64,000 nt of DNA, taken from Mobula hypostoma (lineage: Eukaryota). The stretch lies in assembly GCF_963921235.1 (NCBI RefSeq), contig NC_086101.1, forward strand, positions 1,736,001 through 1,800,000, in the 5' to 3' direction. Made by a program: the position numbers and the translations under genes. This document shows positions 46,095 to 59,000 of the stretch, piece by piece. How positions within the stretch are numbered: the first letter of the stretch is position 1; each line of letters begins with the position of its first letter. Under the pieces are notes generated by a model. The model worked only from the letters and a program-made list of their open reading frames with translations. It ran no database searches and was not told the origin of the DNA.

Positions 46095-46860
46095 AGTTGG
46101 CCAGGATTGATTGGAAAAGAACACTGGCAGGGCTGACGGCAGAGCAGAAATTGCTGGAATTTCTGGAAGTAATTCAGAAAGCACAGGATATACTATATGT
46201 ATCCCAAAGAGGAAGAAGTATTCAAAAGGCAAGATGACACAACCGTGGCTAACAATGGAAGTCAGAGCCAACATAAAAGCCAAAGAGAGGACGTATAGTA
46301 GAGCAAAAATGAGTGGAGAGTTAGAGGACTGGGAAACTTTTAAAAACCAACAGAAAGCAACTAAAAAAGTCAAGGGAAGGTGAAGATGGAATATGAAAGT
46401 AAGCTAGCCAATAATACTAAAAAGGATACCAGAAGTTTCTTCAGCTACATAAAGTGTAAAAGAGAGGTGAGAGTGGATATGAGACCCCTGGAAAACAGTG
46501 CTGGAGAGGTAGTACTGGGGGTCAAGAAAATTGCGGATGAACTGAATAAGTATTTTGCATCAGTCTTCACTGTGGAAGACACTAGCATTGTGGTTGGTGG
46601 GAGTTCCAGGTGTCAGGAGTCAAGAAGCGTGTGATGTTACAAAAACTAGAGAGGAGGTTCTTGGGAAACTGAAAGCTCTGAAGGTAGATAAGTCACCTGG
46701 ACCAGATGGTGTACACCCCAGGGTTCTGAAAGAGGTAGCTGAAGAGATCGTGGAGGCAATAGTAATGATCTTCCAAGAATCACTGGATTCTGGAATGGTT
46801 TTGGAAGACAGTAAAATTGCAAATGTTACTACACACCTCAAGAAGGGAGAGGGGCAGAAA
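46095..46860 (+). mobile_element. CR1 ORF2 tether fragment
   Basis: QPWLT, FFSYIK and DKSPGPDGVHPRVLKE. Confidence 0.88.
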
Positions 46861-46877
46861 ATAGTCTCTGTATATAT

Positions 46878-48870
46878 TAGATTAGATTAGATTCAACTTT
46901 ATTGTCATTGTGCCGAGTACAAATGCAAAGTCAATGAAATACAGTTAGCATCTAACCAGAAATGCAAAGAATAGTGTTATTTACAAAATAACTGTGAATA
47001 AAAAGTAAGTGCTACAGCACACAAATATAAAAGTACTGAGACAGTACAATATGGGTGCAATACTGCTTAGCGCTGTGATGTGAGGTTCAGCAGGGTCACA
47101 GCCTCAGGGAAGAAGCTCTTCCTGTGCCTGCTGGTGCGGGAGCGGAGGCTCCTGTAGCGCCTACCGGATGGGAGGAGAGTAAAAAGTCCATGGTTAGGGT
47201 GAGATGCATCCTTGATAATGCTTTTCACCCTGCCCAGGCAGCGTTTATGGTAGACCAGGTATTCTTCAACAAAGTGCACACCCAAACAATTCCCAGCACT
47301 GTATTCCATCTGCCACTTCTTTGCCACATTCTCTTTATTGCTTTAAGTCCTCAGCATTTAATACCATCATTCCCACAATCCCGATTGAGAAGTTACAGAA
47401 CCTGGGCCTCTGTACCTTTCTCTGTAATTGGATCCTCGACTTCCTAACCAGAAGACCACAGTCTGTGCAGATTGGTGATAGCATCTCCTCCTCGCTGACG
47501 ATCAACACTGGCGCACCTCAGGGGTGTGTGCTTAGCCCACTGCTCTACTCTCTGTATACACATGACTGTGTGGCTAGGCAGAGCTCAAATACCATCGATA
47601 ATACCATTGTTGGTAGAATCTCAGGTGGTGACAAGAGGGCGTACAGGAGTGAGATATGCCAACTAGTGGAGTGGTGTCACAGCAACAACCTGGCACTCAA
47701 CGTCAGTAAGACGAAAGAGCTGATTGTGGAATTCAGGAAGGGTAAGATGAAGGAACACATACCAATCCTCATAGAGGGATCAGAAGTGTAGAGAGTGAGC
47801 AGCTTCAAGTTCCTGGGTGTCAAGATCTCTGAGTATGTAACTTGGTCCCAACACATCGATGTAGTCATAAAGAAGGCAAGACAGCAGCTCCTTCATTAGG
47901 AGTTTGAAGAGATTTGGTATGTCAACAAATAAACTCAAAGACTTCTATAGTTGTACTGTGGAGAGGATTCTGACAGGCTGCATCACTGTCTGGTATGGAG
48001 GGGCTACTGCACAGGACCGAAAGAAGCTGCAGAAGGTTGTAAATCTAGTCAGCTCCATCTTGGGCACTAGCCTACAAAGTACCCAGGGCATCTTCAAGGA
48101 ACGGTGTCTCAGAAAGGCAGCGTCCATTATTAGTCATAGTCATAGTTATAGTCATAATTTATTGATCCTGGGGGAAATTGGTTTTCATTACAGTTGCACC
48201 ATAAATAATAAATAGTAATAAAACCATAAATAGTTAAATAGTAATATGTAAATTATGCCAGGAAATAAGACCAGGACCAGCCTATTGGCTCAGGGTGTCT
48301 GACCCTCCAAGGGAGGAGTTGTAAAGTTTGATGGCCACAGGCAGGAATGACTTCCTATGACGCTCTGTGTTGCATCTCGGTGGAATGAGTCTCTGGCTGA
48401 ATGTACTCCTGTGCCCAACCAGTACATTATGTAGTGGATGGGAGACATTGTCCAAGATGGCATGCAACGTGGACAGCATCCTCTTTTCAGACACCACCGT
48501 CAGAGAGGACCTCCAGCACCCAGGACATGCCCTTCTCTCACCGTTACCATCAGGTAGGAGATACAGAAGCCTGAAGACACACACTCAGTGATTCAGGAAC
48601 AGCTTCTTCCCCTCTGCCATCCGATTCCTAAATGGACATTGAACCCTTGGACACTACCTCACTTTTTTAATATACAGTATATCTGTTTTTTGCATGTTTT
48701 TAAAAATCTATTCAATATGCATATACTGTAATTGATTTACTTATTATTATTTTTATTTTATTTGTTATTATTGCTGTTTTTTCGCTCTCTCTGCTAGATT
48801 ATGTATTGCACTGAACTGCTGCTGCTAAGTTAACACATGCCGGTGATAATAAACCTGACTCTCATTCTGA
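46878..48870. mobile_element. Rex1/Babar fragments: plus-strand RT to 3'UTR (47335-48870) with minus-strand 3' ends at ~46878-47250 and ~48130-48503
   Basis: [17 protein letters not shown] and LPSGRRYRS, plus short-repeat tails (ATTAG)n and (AGTCAT)n. Confidence 0.85.
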
Positions 48871-49184
48871 TCCTCACCACGACTTCCCTCCCACCTGTCT
48901 TTGTATCATCCGCAAGCCTGCTCACAAATTCATCAATTCTGTCATCTAAATCATTTAGATTTTATGCGAAAAGAATCGGTCCCATCACAGACTCCTGCGG
49001 AACACCACTAGTCACCGGCAGCCAACCAAAAAGGCCCCTAGCCAACCAGCCATAGCTCTACTCGTGCTAGTATCTTTCCTGTAATACCTTGGCCTCTTTT
49101 CTTGTTAAGCAGACTCATGTGTGGCACCTTGTAAAGACCTTCTGAAAATCTAAGTAGACAACATCCACTGATTCTCCTTTGTCC

Positions 49185-49618
49185 AACACAAAACTCTGCA
49201 GATGCTGGGGTCAAAGCAACACTCACAACATGCTGGAGGAACTCAGCAGGTTGGGCAGCATCCGTGGAAACGATTGGTCAACGTATCAGGCCAGGACCCT
49301 TCATCAGGTCTTTTTGTTCACTAGCTTATCTGAGTAAGTATGCCAAGGAGTCATCCAGGAATACCCAAATAGGGAGGAAATTCAGAAATCATGCGTGCAA
49401 AGGGAGTTGGGAGTTGCGCCGGACGGAGTGGACGTGCTCGATGAAGCGGTCCCCCAATCTGCGTCGGGTTTCACTGATGTAGAGGAGGCCGCACCGGGAG
49501 CACCGGATGCAATAGATGACCCCAACAGACTCACAAGTGAAGTGTTGCCTCACCTGGAAGGACTGTTTGGAGCCCTGAATGGTGGCAGGAGAGGAGGTGT
49601 AGGGACAGGCGTAGCACA
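49185..49618 (-). mobile_element. Penelope-like element: GIY-YIG fragment plus terminal repeat with a degenerate hammerhead
   Basis: FTCESVGVIYCIRCSRCGLLYISETRRRLGDRFIEH. The minus strand at ~49278-49310 reads CTGATGA-AGGGTCCTGGCCT-GATA. Confidence 0.85.
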
Positions 49619-50002
49619 GAAGTTGGGGGTGTTGTGGAAAGTCGGGAGGGTTGTTAGAGGTTACAGTGGGACATCGATAGGATGCAGAACTGGGCTGAGA
49701 CGTGGCAGATGAAGTTCTGCCAAGATAAGTGTGAGGTGATTCATTTTGGTAGGACAAATTTAACGACAAAATATAATATTAATGGTAAGACTCTTGACAG
49801 TGTGGAGGATCAGTGAGATCTTGGGGTCCATGTCCACAGGACACTCAAAGCTGCACAGGTTGACAGTGTTGTTAAGAAGGTGTATGCTGTAATGGCATTC
49901 ACCAACTGTGGGACTGAGTTCAAGAGTCCTGAGGTAATGTTAAAGCTATACAAGACCCTAGTTAGACCCACTTGGAGTTCAGTTCTGGTCACTCTACTAA
50001 AG

Positions 50003-50068
50003 GAGTTTGAAGTTAATAACTCATCTCCTTCTACCTTAGGCCACAAACTTATCAATCACCCCTCGTAT
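50003..50068. mobile_element. Terminal fragment of the same mariner MITE as 20268-20600
   Basis: CCTTAGGCCACAAACTTATCAATCACCCCTCG followed by TA. Confidence 0.8.
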
Positions 50069-50157
50069 CTATATTCAGGCTTTTCAGTTTCCCAGGCAAC
50101 TTCTCCTTAGTAATGGCAACTTCACTCGCTTCTGCTCCCTGACACTCCTTCAGGAAC

Positions 50158-53100
50158 CCATTGCCCAGGACAGCTCCCTCCCCCCATTGCCCAGGACAGC
50201 CCCCTCCCCCCATTGCCCAGGACAGCCCCTCTGCTCATTGCCCCGGACAGCCCCCTCCTCTCATTGCCCGGGACAGCCCCCTCCTCTCGTTACCCAGGAG
50301 AGACCCCTCTCATTGCCCAGGACACCCCTCTGCTCATTGCCCAGGACAGCCCCTCTGCTCATTGCCCAGGACAGCCCCCTCCTCCCATTGCCCAGGACAG
50401 CCCCCTCCTCTCATTACCCAGGAGAGACCCCTCCTCTCATTGCCCAGGACAGCCCCTCTGCTCATTGCCCAGGACAGCCCCCTCCTCTCATTGCCCAGGA
50501 CAGCCCCCTCCCCCCATTGCCCAGGACAGCCCCCTCCTCTCATTACCCAGGAGAGACCCCTCTCATTGCCCAGGACACCCCTCTGCTCATTGCCCAGGAC
50601 AGCCCCCTCCTCTCATTGCCCGGGACAGCCCCCTCCTCCCATTGCCCGGGACAGCCCACTCTTCCCATTTCCCAGGACAGCCCCCTCCCCTCGACACCCA
50701 GGACGGCTCCCTCCTCCCATTACCCAGGACAGCCCCTTCCCCTTATTGCCCTGGAGAACCCCCTTCTCTCATAGCCCGGGACAGCCCCCTCCCCTCATTG
50801 CCCAGGACAGCCCCCTCCTCCCATTACCCAGGGCAGCCCCCTCCTCTCATTGCCCAGGACAGCCCCTCCCCTCATTGCCCAGGAATGCCACCTCCCCTCA
50901 TTACCCAGGACAGCTCCCTCCTCCCATTAACCACGACAGCCCCCTCCTCCCATTACCCAGGACAGCCACCTCCTCCCATTACCCAGGACAGCCCCCTCCT
51001 CTCTCATTGCCCAGGACAGCCCCTCCTCTCATTGCCCAGGACAGTCCCCTCCTCCCATTACCCAGGACAGCCACCTCCTCCCATTACCCAGGACAGCCCC
51101 CTCCTCTCTCATTGCCCAGGACAGCCCCTTCCTCTCATTTCCCAGGACAGCCCCCTCCCCTCATTACCCAGGACAGCCCCCTCCTCTCATTACCCAGGAC
51201 AGCCCTCTCCCCTCATTACCCAGGACAGCCCCCTACTCCCATTACCCAGGACAGCCCCCTCCTCTCTCATTGCCCAGGACAGCCCCCTCCTCTCATTTCC
51301 CAGGACAGCACCCTCCTCCCATTGTCCAGGACATCCCCCTCCTCCCATTACCCAGGACAGCCCCCTCCTTTCATTGCCAAGGACTGCCCCCTCCCCTCGT
51401 TACCCAGGACGGCTCCCTCCTCCTATTACCCAGGACAGCCCCTCCCCTCATTACCCAGGACTGCCCCCTCCTCCCATTTCCCAGGACAGCCCCCTCCTCC
51501 CATTTCCCAGGACAGCCCCCCTCCCCTCTTTACCCAGGACAGCCCCCTCCCCTCATTGCCCAGGACAGCCCCCTCCTCTCATTACCCAGTACAGCCCGCT
51601 CCTCCCATTGCCCAGGACATCCCCCTCCTGTCATTACCCAGGACAGCCCACTCCTCTCGTTGCCCAGGACAGCTCCCTCCTCCCATTACCCAGGACAGCC
51701 CCCTCATCTCATTGCCCAGGACAGCCCCCTCCTCCCATTGCTCAGGACATCCCCCTCCTCCCATTGCCCAGGACAGCCCCCTCCTTTCATTGCCAAGGAC
51801 TGCCCCCTCCCCTCGACACCCAGGACGGCTCCCTCCTCCCATTACCCAGGACAGCCCCTTCCCCTTATTGCCCTGGAGAGCCCCCTTCTCTCATTGACCG
51901 GGACAGCCCCCTTCTCTCATTGCCCAGGACAGCCCCCTCCTCCCATTGCCCAGGACTGCCCCCTCCCCTCGTTACCCAGGACAGCTCCCTCCTCCCATTA
52001 CCCAGGACAGCCCCCCTCACCTCATTGCCCGGGACAGCCCCCTCCTCCCATTGCCCAGGACAGCCCCTGCTCCCATTGCCCAGGACAGCCCCCTCCTTTC
52101 ATTGACAAGGACAGCCCCCTCCTTTCATTGCCAAGGACTGCCCCCTCCCCTCGTTACCCAGGACGGCTCCCTCCTCCTATTACCCAGGACAGCCCCTCCC
52201 CTCATTGCCCTGGAGAGCCCCCTTCTCTCATTGCCCGGGACAGCCCCCTCCTCCCATTGCCCAGGACAGCCCCCTTCTCTCATTACCCGGGACTGCGCCC
52301 TCCCCAGATTGCCCAGTACAGCCCCCTCCCCTCATTGCCCAGGACAGCCCCGTCGTCCCATTGCCCAGGACAGCCCCCACCTCTCATTGGCCAGGACAGC
52401 CCCTCCCCTCATTGCCCAGGAATGCCACCTCCCCTCGTTACCCAGGAAAGCTCCCTCCTCCCATTAACCAGGACAGCCCCCTCACCTCATTGCCCGGGAC
52501 AGCCCCCTCCTCCCATTACCCAGGACAGCCACCTCCTCCCATTACCCAGGTCAGCCCCCTGCTCTCTCATTGCCCAGGACAGCCCCTCCCCTCATTGCCC
52601 AGGACAGCCCCCTCCTCTCATTTCCCAGGACAGCCCCTCCCCTCATTACCCAGGACAGCCCCCTCCTCTCATTACCCAGGACAGCCCTCTCCTCTCATTA
52701 CCCAGGACAGCCCTCTCCCCTCATTACCCAGGACAGCCACCTCCTCCCATTACCCAGGACAGCCCCCTGCTCTCTCATTGCCCAGGACAGCCCCTCCCCT
52801 CATTGCCCAGGACAGCCCCCTCCTCTCATTTCCCAGGACAGCCCCCTCCCCTCATTACCCAGGACAGCCCCCTCCTTTCATTACCCAGGACAGCCCTCTC
52901 CTCTCATTACCCAGGACAGCCCTCTCCCCTCATTACCCAGGACAGCCCCCTACTCCCATTACCCAGGACAGCCCCCTCCTCTCATTGCCCAGGACAGCCC
53001 CCTCCTCCCCATTGCCCAGGACAGCCCCCTCCTCTCATTTCCCAGGACAGCCCCCTCCTCCCATTGCCCAGGACAGCCCCCTTCTCTCATTACCCGGGAC

Positions 53101-54425
53101 TGCGCCCTCCCCAGATTGCCCAGTACAGCCCCATCCCCTCATTGCCCAGGACAGCTTCCACCTCTCATTGCCCAGGACAGCCCCCTCCTCCCATTGCCCA
53201 GGACAGCCCACTCCTCCCATTGCCCAGGACTGCCCCCTCCTCTCGATACCCAGGACAGCTCCCTCCTCCCATTACCCAGGACAGCCCCCCTCACCTCATT
53301 GCCCGGGACAGTCCCCTCCTCCCATTGCCCAGGACAGCCCCTCCCCTCATTGCCCGGGACAGCCCCCTCCTCCCATTGCCCGGGACAGCCCTCTCCTCCC
53401 ATTGTCCGGGATAGCCCCCTCCCCTCATTGCCCAGGACAGCCCCCTCCTCTTATTGCCCATGACAGCCCCCTCCTCATATTGCCCAGGACAGCTCCCTCA
53501 TCCCATTGCCCAGGACTGCCCCCTCCCCTCATTACTCAGGACAGCCCCCTTCTCTCATTGCCGGGGACAGCCCCCTCCCCTCATTGCCCAGGACAGCCCC
53601 CTCCTCTCATTGCCCGGGACTTCCCCTCCCCTCATTGCCGAGGACAGCCCCTCCACTCATTGCCCAGGACTGCCCCCTCCCCTCATTGCCTGGGATAGCC
53701 CCCTCCTCCCATTGCCCAGGACCCAGGACAGCCGCCTCCCCTCATTACCCAGGACTGCCCCCTCCTCCCATTTCCCAGGACAGCCCCCTCCTCCCATTTC
53801 CCAGGACAGCCCCCCTCCCCTCTTTACCCAGGACAGCCCCCTCCCCTCATTGCCCAGGACAGCCCCCTCCTCTCATTACCCAGTACAGCCCGCTCCTCCC
53901 ATTGCCCAGGACATCCCCCTCCTGTCATTGCCCAGGACAGCCCACTCCTCTCGTTGCCCAGGAATGCCCCCTCCACTCGTTACCCAGGACAGCTCCCTCC
54001 TCCCATTACCCAGGACAGCCCCCTCACCTCATTGCCCAGGACAGCCCCCTCCTCCCATTACCCAGGACAGCCCCCTCCCCTCATTGCCCAGGACAGCCCC
54101 CTGCTCCCATTGCCCAGGACAGCCCCCTCCTTTCATTGCCAAGGACTGCCCCCTCCCCTCGACACCCAGGACGGCTCCCTCCTCCCATTACCCAGGACAG
54201 CCCCTTCCCCTTATTGCCCTGGAGAGCCCCCTTCTCTCATTGACCGGGACAGCCCCCTTCTCTCATTGCCCAGGACTGCCCCCTCCCATCGTTACCCAGG
54301 ACAGCTCCCTCCTCCCATTACCCAGGACAGCCCCCCTCACCTCATTGCCCGGGACAGCCCCCTCCTCCCATTGCCCGGGATAGCCCCCTCCCCTTATTGC
54401 CCGGGACAGCCTCCTCCTCTTATTA
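50158..54425. repeat. Minisatellite of ~4.3 kb, ~26-bp unit CATTGCCCAGGACAGCCCCCTCCTCT
   Basis: Directly visible, with higher-order block duplications. Confidence 0.97.
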
Positions 54426-55049
54426 CTACCATCAAGGAGAAGGAGACTGAAGACCCACAACCAACATTTCAGGAAAAGCTTCTTCCCCTCCGCCATCTGA
54501 TTTGCGAACGGGCAATGAGCCCTTGAACACTACCCCAGAATTTTCCCTCGTTCTTTCTGCATTTCTTATTTAATTTAAATATTTGTTTTGTCATTTATAG
54601 TTTTACTATGATGTTTTACAATGTACTGCTACTGCAAGACAGCAAATTTCATGATATTGGCCGGAGATGTTCGACCTGATTCTGAACTAAAAGGACGATG
54701 AACGGCCATTAAATTGGGAAAGAGTCAGATGTTGATCACTTTTAATGACAACAGACGCGGTTGGGACATGTATAACGGGAAGAAAGAGTGAAAGGACATG
54801 GTGGGATCTGCAAAACGGCTGACGGGAGCAGCGGAGACACCGATCGAAGCAGGCAGAAGCGTAGCGACCTCTGAGCAAAGGAGAAATGCGTTTGCTATCG
54901 ACAGCTGAGGAATCTGGTCCAGTCCCAGTAGGGGCAGTGGTGATCAGCGAGCGAGGGAGGAAGATTTAAAGGTGAAACAAGAGGGATTTTTGTCAGAGGG
55001 AAAGCAGATTTGGGGACAGAAGGGAGCAATGCAAACTGTGTCTACTGTG

Positions 55050-55760
55050 GAGTGAGTGTGCATGAGAGGTGAATGTCTGCTGGGGAATGGGCGTGCACGG
55101 GAGGGGATGTCTGCTGGGGAATGGGTGTGCATGAGAGGTGAATGTCTGCTGGGGAATGGGCGTGCACGGGAGGGGATGTCTGCTGGGGAATGGGCGTGCA
55201 CAGGAGGGGATGTCTGCTGGAGAGGCGATGTCTGCTGGGGAATGGGCGTGCATGGGAGGAAATGTCTGCTAGGGAGTGGGCGTGAACGGGAGGGGACGTC
55301 TGCTGGGGAGTGGGCGTGCACGGGAGGGGTTGTCTGCTGTGGAGTGAGTGTGCATGAGAGGTGGATGTCTGCTGGGGAGGGGATATCTGCTGGTTAGGGG
55401 ATTCCTGCTAGGGAGTGGGCGTGCTGGGGAGGGGATGTCTGCTGGGGAATGGGCGTGCATGGGAGGGAATGTCTGCTGGGGAATGGGTGTGTACGGGAGG
55501 GGATGTCTGCTGGAGAGGGGATGTCTGCTGGGGAATGGGTGTGCACAGGAGGGAATGTCTGCTGGGGAGTGTGTATGCATGGGAGGGGATGTCTGCTGGG
55601 GAAAGGGGCGTGCACAGGAGGGGATGTCTGCTGGGGAGTGGGTGTGCCTGGGAGGGAATGTCTGCTGGGGAAAGGGGCGTGCACAGGAGGGGATTCTGCT
55701 GGGGAATGGGCGTGCACGAGAGGGGATGTCTGCTGGAGAGGGGATGTCTGCGGGGGAGTG
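55050..55760. repeat. Minisatellite, ~34-bp unit GGGGAATGGGCGTGCACGGGAGGGGATGTCTGCT
   Basis: Directly visible. Confidence 0.95.
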
Positions 55761-55761
55761 T

Positions 55762-56007
55762 AATCTCCAGGCACCTCCCCTCCCCATCCCCACCCCATCG
55801 CCCTCCCCCTCCCCGACAATCTCCAGGCCGCGCCCCACCCCATCCCCCTCCCCGACAATCTCCAGGCCACGCCCCACCCCATCCCCCTCCCCCTCCCCCT
55901 CCCCGACAATCTCCAGGCCACGCCCCACCCCATCCCCTCCCCACCCCCATCCCCCTCCCCCTCCCCGTCGATCTCCAGGCCACGCCCCTCCCCGTCTCCA
56001 TGGTGAC
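55762..56007 (+). promoter_or_regulatory. Candidate proximal promoter: repeated GC/CACCC boxes and an RFX X-box-like palindrome
   Basis: About five copies of ATCTCCAGGC, most followed by CACGCCCCACCCC-like sequence, then GTCTCCATGGTGAC at 55994-56007, 32 bp before the leader ATG. Confidence 0.5.
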
Positions 56008-56039
56008 GTTGGGCCAGTTACCTGTTGCGCTGGAGTGGG

Positions 56040-56082
56040 ATGGGGTTCTGGGCCTGGTTCGTGTTGGTCTGTGTGGGCCCCG
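56040..56082 (+). CDS. Exon 1 (signal peptide) of an Ig-superfamily receptor
   Basis: GGGATGG Kozak context, peptide MGFWAWFVLVCVGP, and a phase-1 donor CCG|GTGAGA that joins in frame to 60694. Confidence 0.7.
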
Positions 56083-56099
56083 GTGAGAGGGGCTGGAGA

Positions 56100-59000
56100 G
56101 CGGGGGAACGGGGGAGTGGGGAAGCGGAGACAGTGGGGGAGTGGGGAGGTGGTGGGGGAGTGGGGAAGGGGAGATGTTGGCGGGAGTGGGGAAGGGGAGA
56201 CGGGTGAGTGGGGAAGGGGAGACAGTGGGGGGAGTGGGGAAGGGGAGATGGTGTGGGTAGTGGGGAAGGGGATACAGTGGGGAGTGGGGAAGGGGTGATG
56301 GTGGGAGAGTGGGGAAGAGGAGACAGTGGGGAAGGGGAGACGGTGGGGAGTGGGAAGGGGAGACAGTGGGGAGTGGGGAAGGGGAGACAGTGGGGGAATG
56401 GGGAAGGGGGGACAGTGGGGGTAGTGGGGAAGTGGAGACGATGGCGGTAGTGGGAAAGAGGAGACGGTGGGGAGTGGGGAAACGGTGGGGGGAGTGGGGA
56501 AGGGGAGATGGGGAAGTGGGGAAGGGGAGACAGTGGGGGAGTGGGGAGATGGTGGGGTAGTGGGGAAGGGGAGACGGTGGGGAGTCGGGAAGGGGTGATG
56601 CTGGGGAGTGGGGAAGGGGAGACAGTGAGAAAGGGGAGACAGTGGGGGAGTGGGGAAGTTGAGACAGTGGGGGAGTGAGGAAGGGCTGATGGTGGGGAGT
56701 GGGGAAGGGCTGATGGTGGGTAGTGGGGAAGGGGAGACAGTGGGGTAGTGGGGAAGGGGAGACAGTAGGGTAGTGGGGAAGGGGAGACGTTGGGAGTGGG
56801 GAAGGGGAGACAGTGGGGGATGGGGAAGGGGAGACGGGTGAGTGGGGAAGGGGGAGACAGTGGGGGAGTGGGGAGGTGGTGGGGAGTGGGGATGGGGAGA
56901 CAGTAGGGTAGTGGGGAAGGGGAGACGTTGGGAGTGGGGAAGGGGAGACAGTGGGGGATGGGGAAGGGGAGACGGGTGAGTGGGGAAGGGGAGACAGTGG
57001 GGGAGTGGGGAGGTGGTGGGGGAGTGGGGAAGGGGAGACAGTGGGGAAGGGGTGATGGTGGGGAGTGGGGAAGGAGAGGGTGGGGTAGTGGGGAGGTGGT
57101 GGGGGAGTGGGGAAGGGGAGACGGCGGGTGAGTGGGGAAGGGGATACAGTGGAAGAATGGGGAGGTGGTGGGGTAGTGGGGAAGTGGAGACAGTGGGGGA
57201 GTGGGGAAGGGGTGATGGTGGGGAGTAGGGAGAGGTTGGGGGAGTGGGGGAGGGGAGACGGGGAGTGGGGAAGGGGAGTCGGTGGGGAGAGGGGAAGGGG
57301 ATACAGTGGAAGAGTAGGGAGGTGGGGGAGTGGGGAAGGGGAGACAGTGGGGGAGGGGGGAAGGGGATACAGTGGAAGAGTGGGGAGGTGGTGGGGTAGT
57401 GGGGAGGTGGTGGGGGAGTGGGGAAGGGGAGACGGGGGGAGTGGGGAAGGGGAGACGGTGGGGAGTGGGGAGAGGTTGGGGGGAGTGAGGGAGGGGAGAC
57501 AGGGGAGTGGGGAGATGTTCGGGGGAGTGGGGGAGGGAAGACGGGGAATGGGGAACGGGAGGTGGGGAAGGGGAGACGGTGGGGAGTGGGGAGAGGTTGG
57601 GTGGAGTGGGGGAGGGGAGATGGGGGGAGTGAGGAAGGGGAGACGGTGGGGAGAGGTTGGGGGGAGTGGGGGAGGGGAGACGGGGAATGGGAGACGGAGA
57701 AGTGGGGAAGGGGAGACGGTGGGAAGACGGTGGAGGGAGTGGGGAAGGAGAGACAGTGGGGGGAGTGGGGAAGGGGAGACGGTGGGGGGAATGGGGGAGG
57801 GAAAAAAGGGGAGTGGGGAAGGGGAGATGGGGAGTGGGGGAGGGGAGAGTGTGGGGGGAGTGGGGAAGGGGAAACGGGAGTGGGGAAGGGGGAACAGTGG
57901 GGGAGTGGGGAAGGGGAGAGTGTGGGGGGAGTGGGAAAGGTGAGACAGTTGGGAGTGGGGAAGGGGAGACAGTGGGGAGTGGGGAAGGGGAGACAGTGGG
58001 GAGTGGGGAAGGGGTGATGGTAGTGGGGAAGTGGAGACGGTGGGGGTAGTGGGGAAGGGGAAACGGTGGGGTGTGGGGAAATGGTGGGGGGAGTCGGGGA
58101 GGGGAGATGGGGGAGTGGGTAAGGGGAGACAGGGAAGTGGGGAAGGGGAGACGGTGGGGAGTGGGATGACGGTGGGGGGAGTGGGGAAGGGGAGACGGTG
58201 GGGAGTGGGGAAACGGTGGGGGGAGTGGGGAAGGGGAGACAGTGGGGAGTGGGGAAGGGGATACAGTGGGGAGTGAGGAAGGGGTGATGGTGGAGAGTGG
58301 GGAAGGGGTGATGGTGGAGAGTGGGGAAGGGGAGACGGTGGGGGTAGTGGGGAAGTGGAGACGGTGGGGGTAGTGGGGAAGTGGAGACGGTGGGGGTAGT
58401 GGGGAAGTGGAGACGGTGGGGATAGTGGGGAAGGGGAGACGATGGGGTGTGGGGAAACGGTGGGGGGAGTCGCGGAGGGGAGACGGGGGAGTGGGTAAGG
58501 GGAGACAGGGAAGTGGGGAAGGGGAGACGGTGGGGAGTGGGAAGACGGTGGGGATAGTGGGGAAGGGGAGACGGTGGGGAGTGGGAAAACGGTGGGGGGA
58601 GTGGTGGAGGGGAGACAGTGGGGGTAGTGGGGGAGGGGAGATGGTGGGGGGAGTGGGGAAGGGGGGCAGTGGGGGAGTAGGGAAGGGGAGAGTGTGGGGG
58701 GAGTGGGAAAGGTGAGACAGTGGGGAGTGGGGAAGGGGAGACAGTGGGGAGTGGGGAAGGGGTGATGGTGGGGGAGTGGGGAAGGGGAGACGGTGGGAAA
58801 GGGGAAGGGGTGATGGTGGGGAGTGGGGAAGGGGATACAGTGGGGAGTGAGGAAGGGGTGATGGTGTGGAAGTGGGGAAGGGGAGACAGTGGGGAGTGGG
58901 GAAGTGGAGACGGTGGGGTAGTGGGGAAGTGGAGACGGTGGGGGTAGTGGGGAAGGGGAGATGATGGGGTGTGGGGAAACGGTGGGGGGAGTCGGGGAGG

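Noticed and set aside
50161..54526. Overlapping 500-700 aa Pro-rich ORFs in all three plus frames
   Set aside because: A ~26-bp unit cycles through frames and the same peptides appear in every frame, so this is a repeat artefact.
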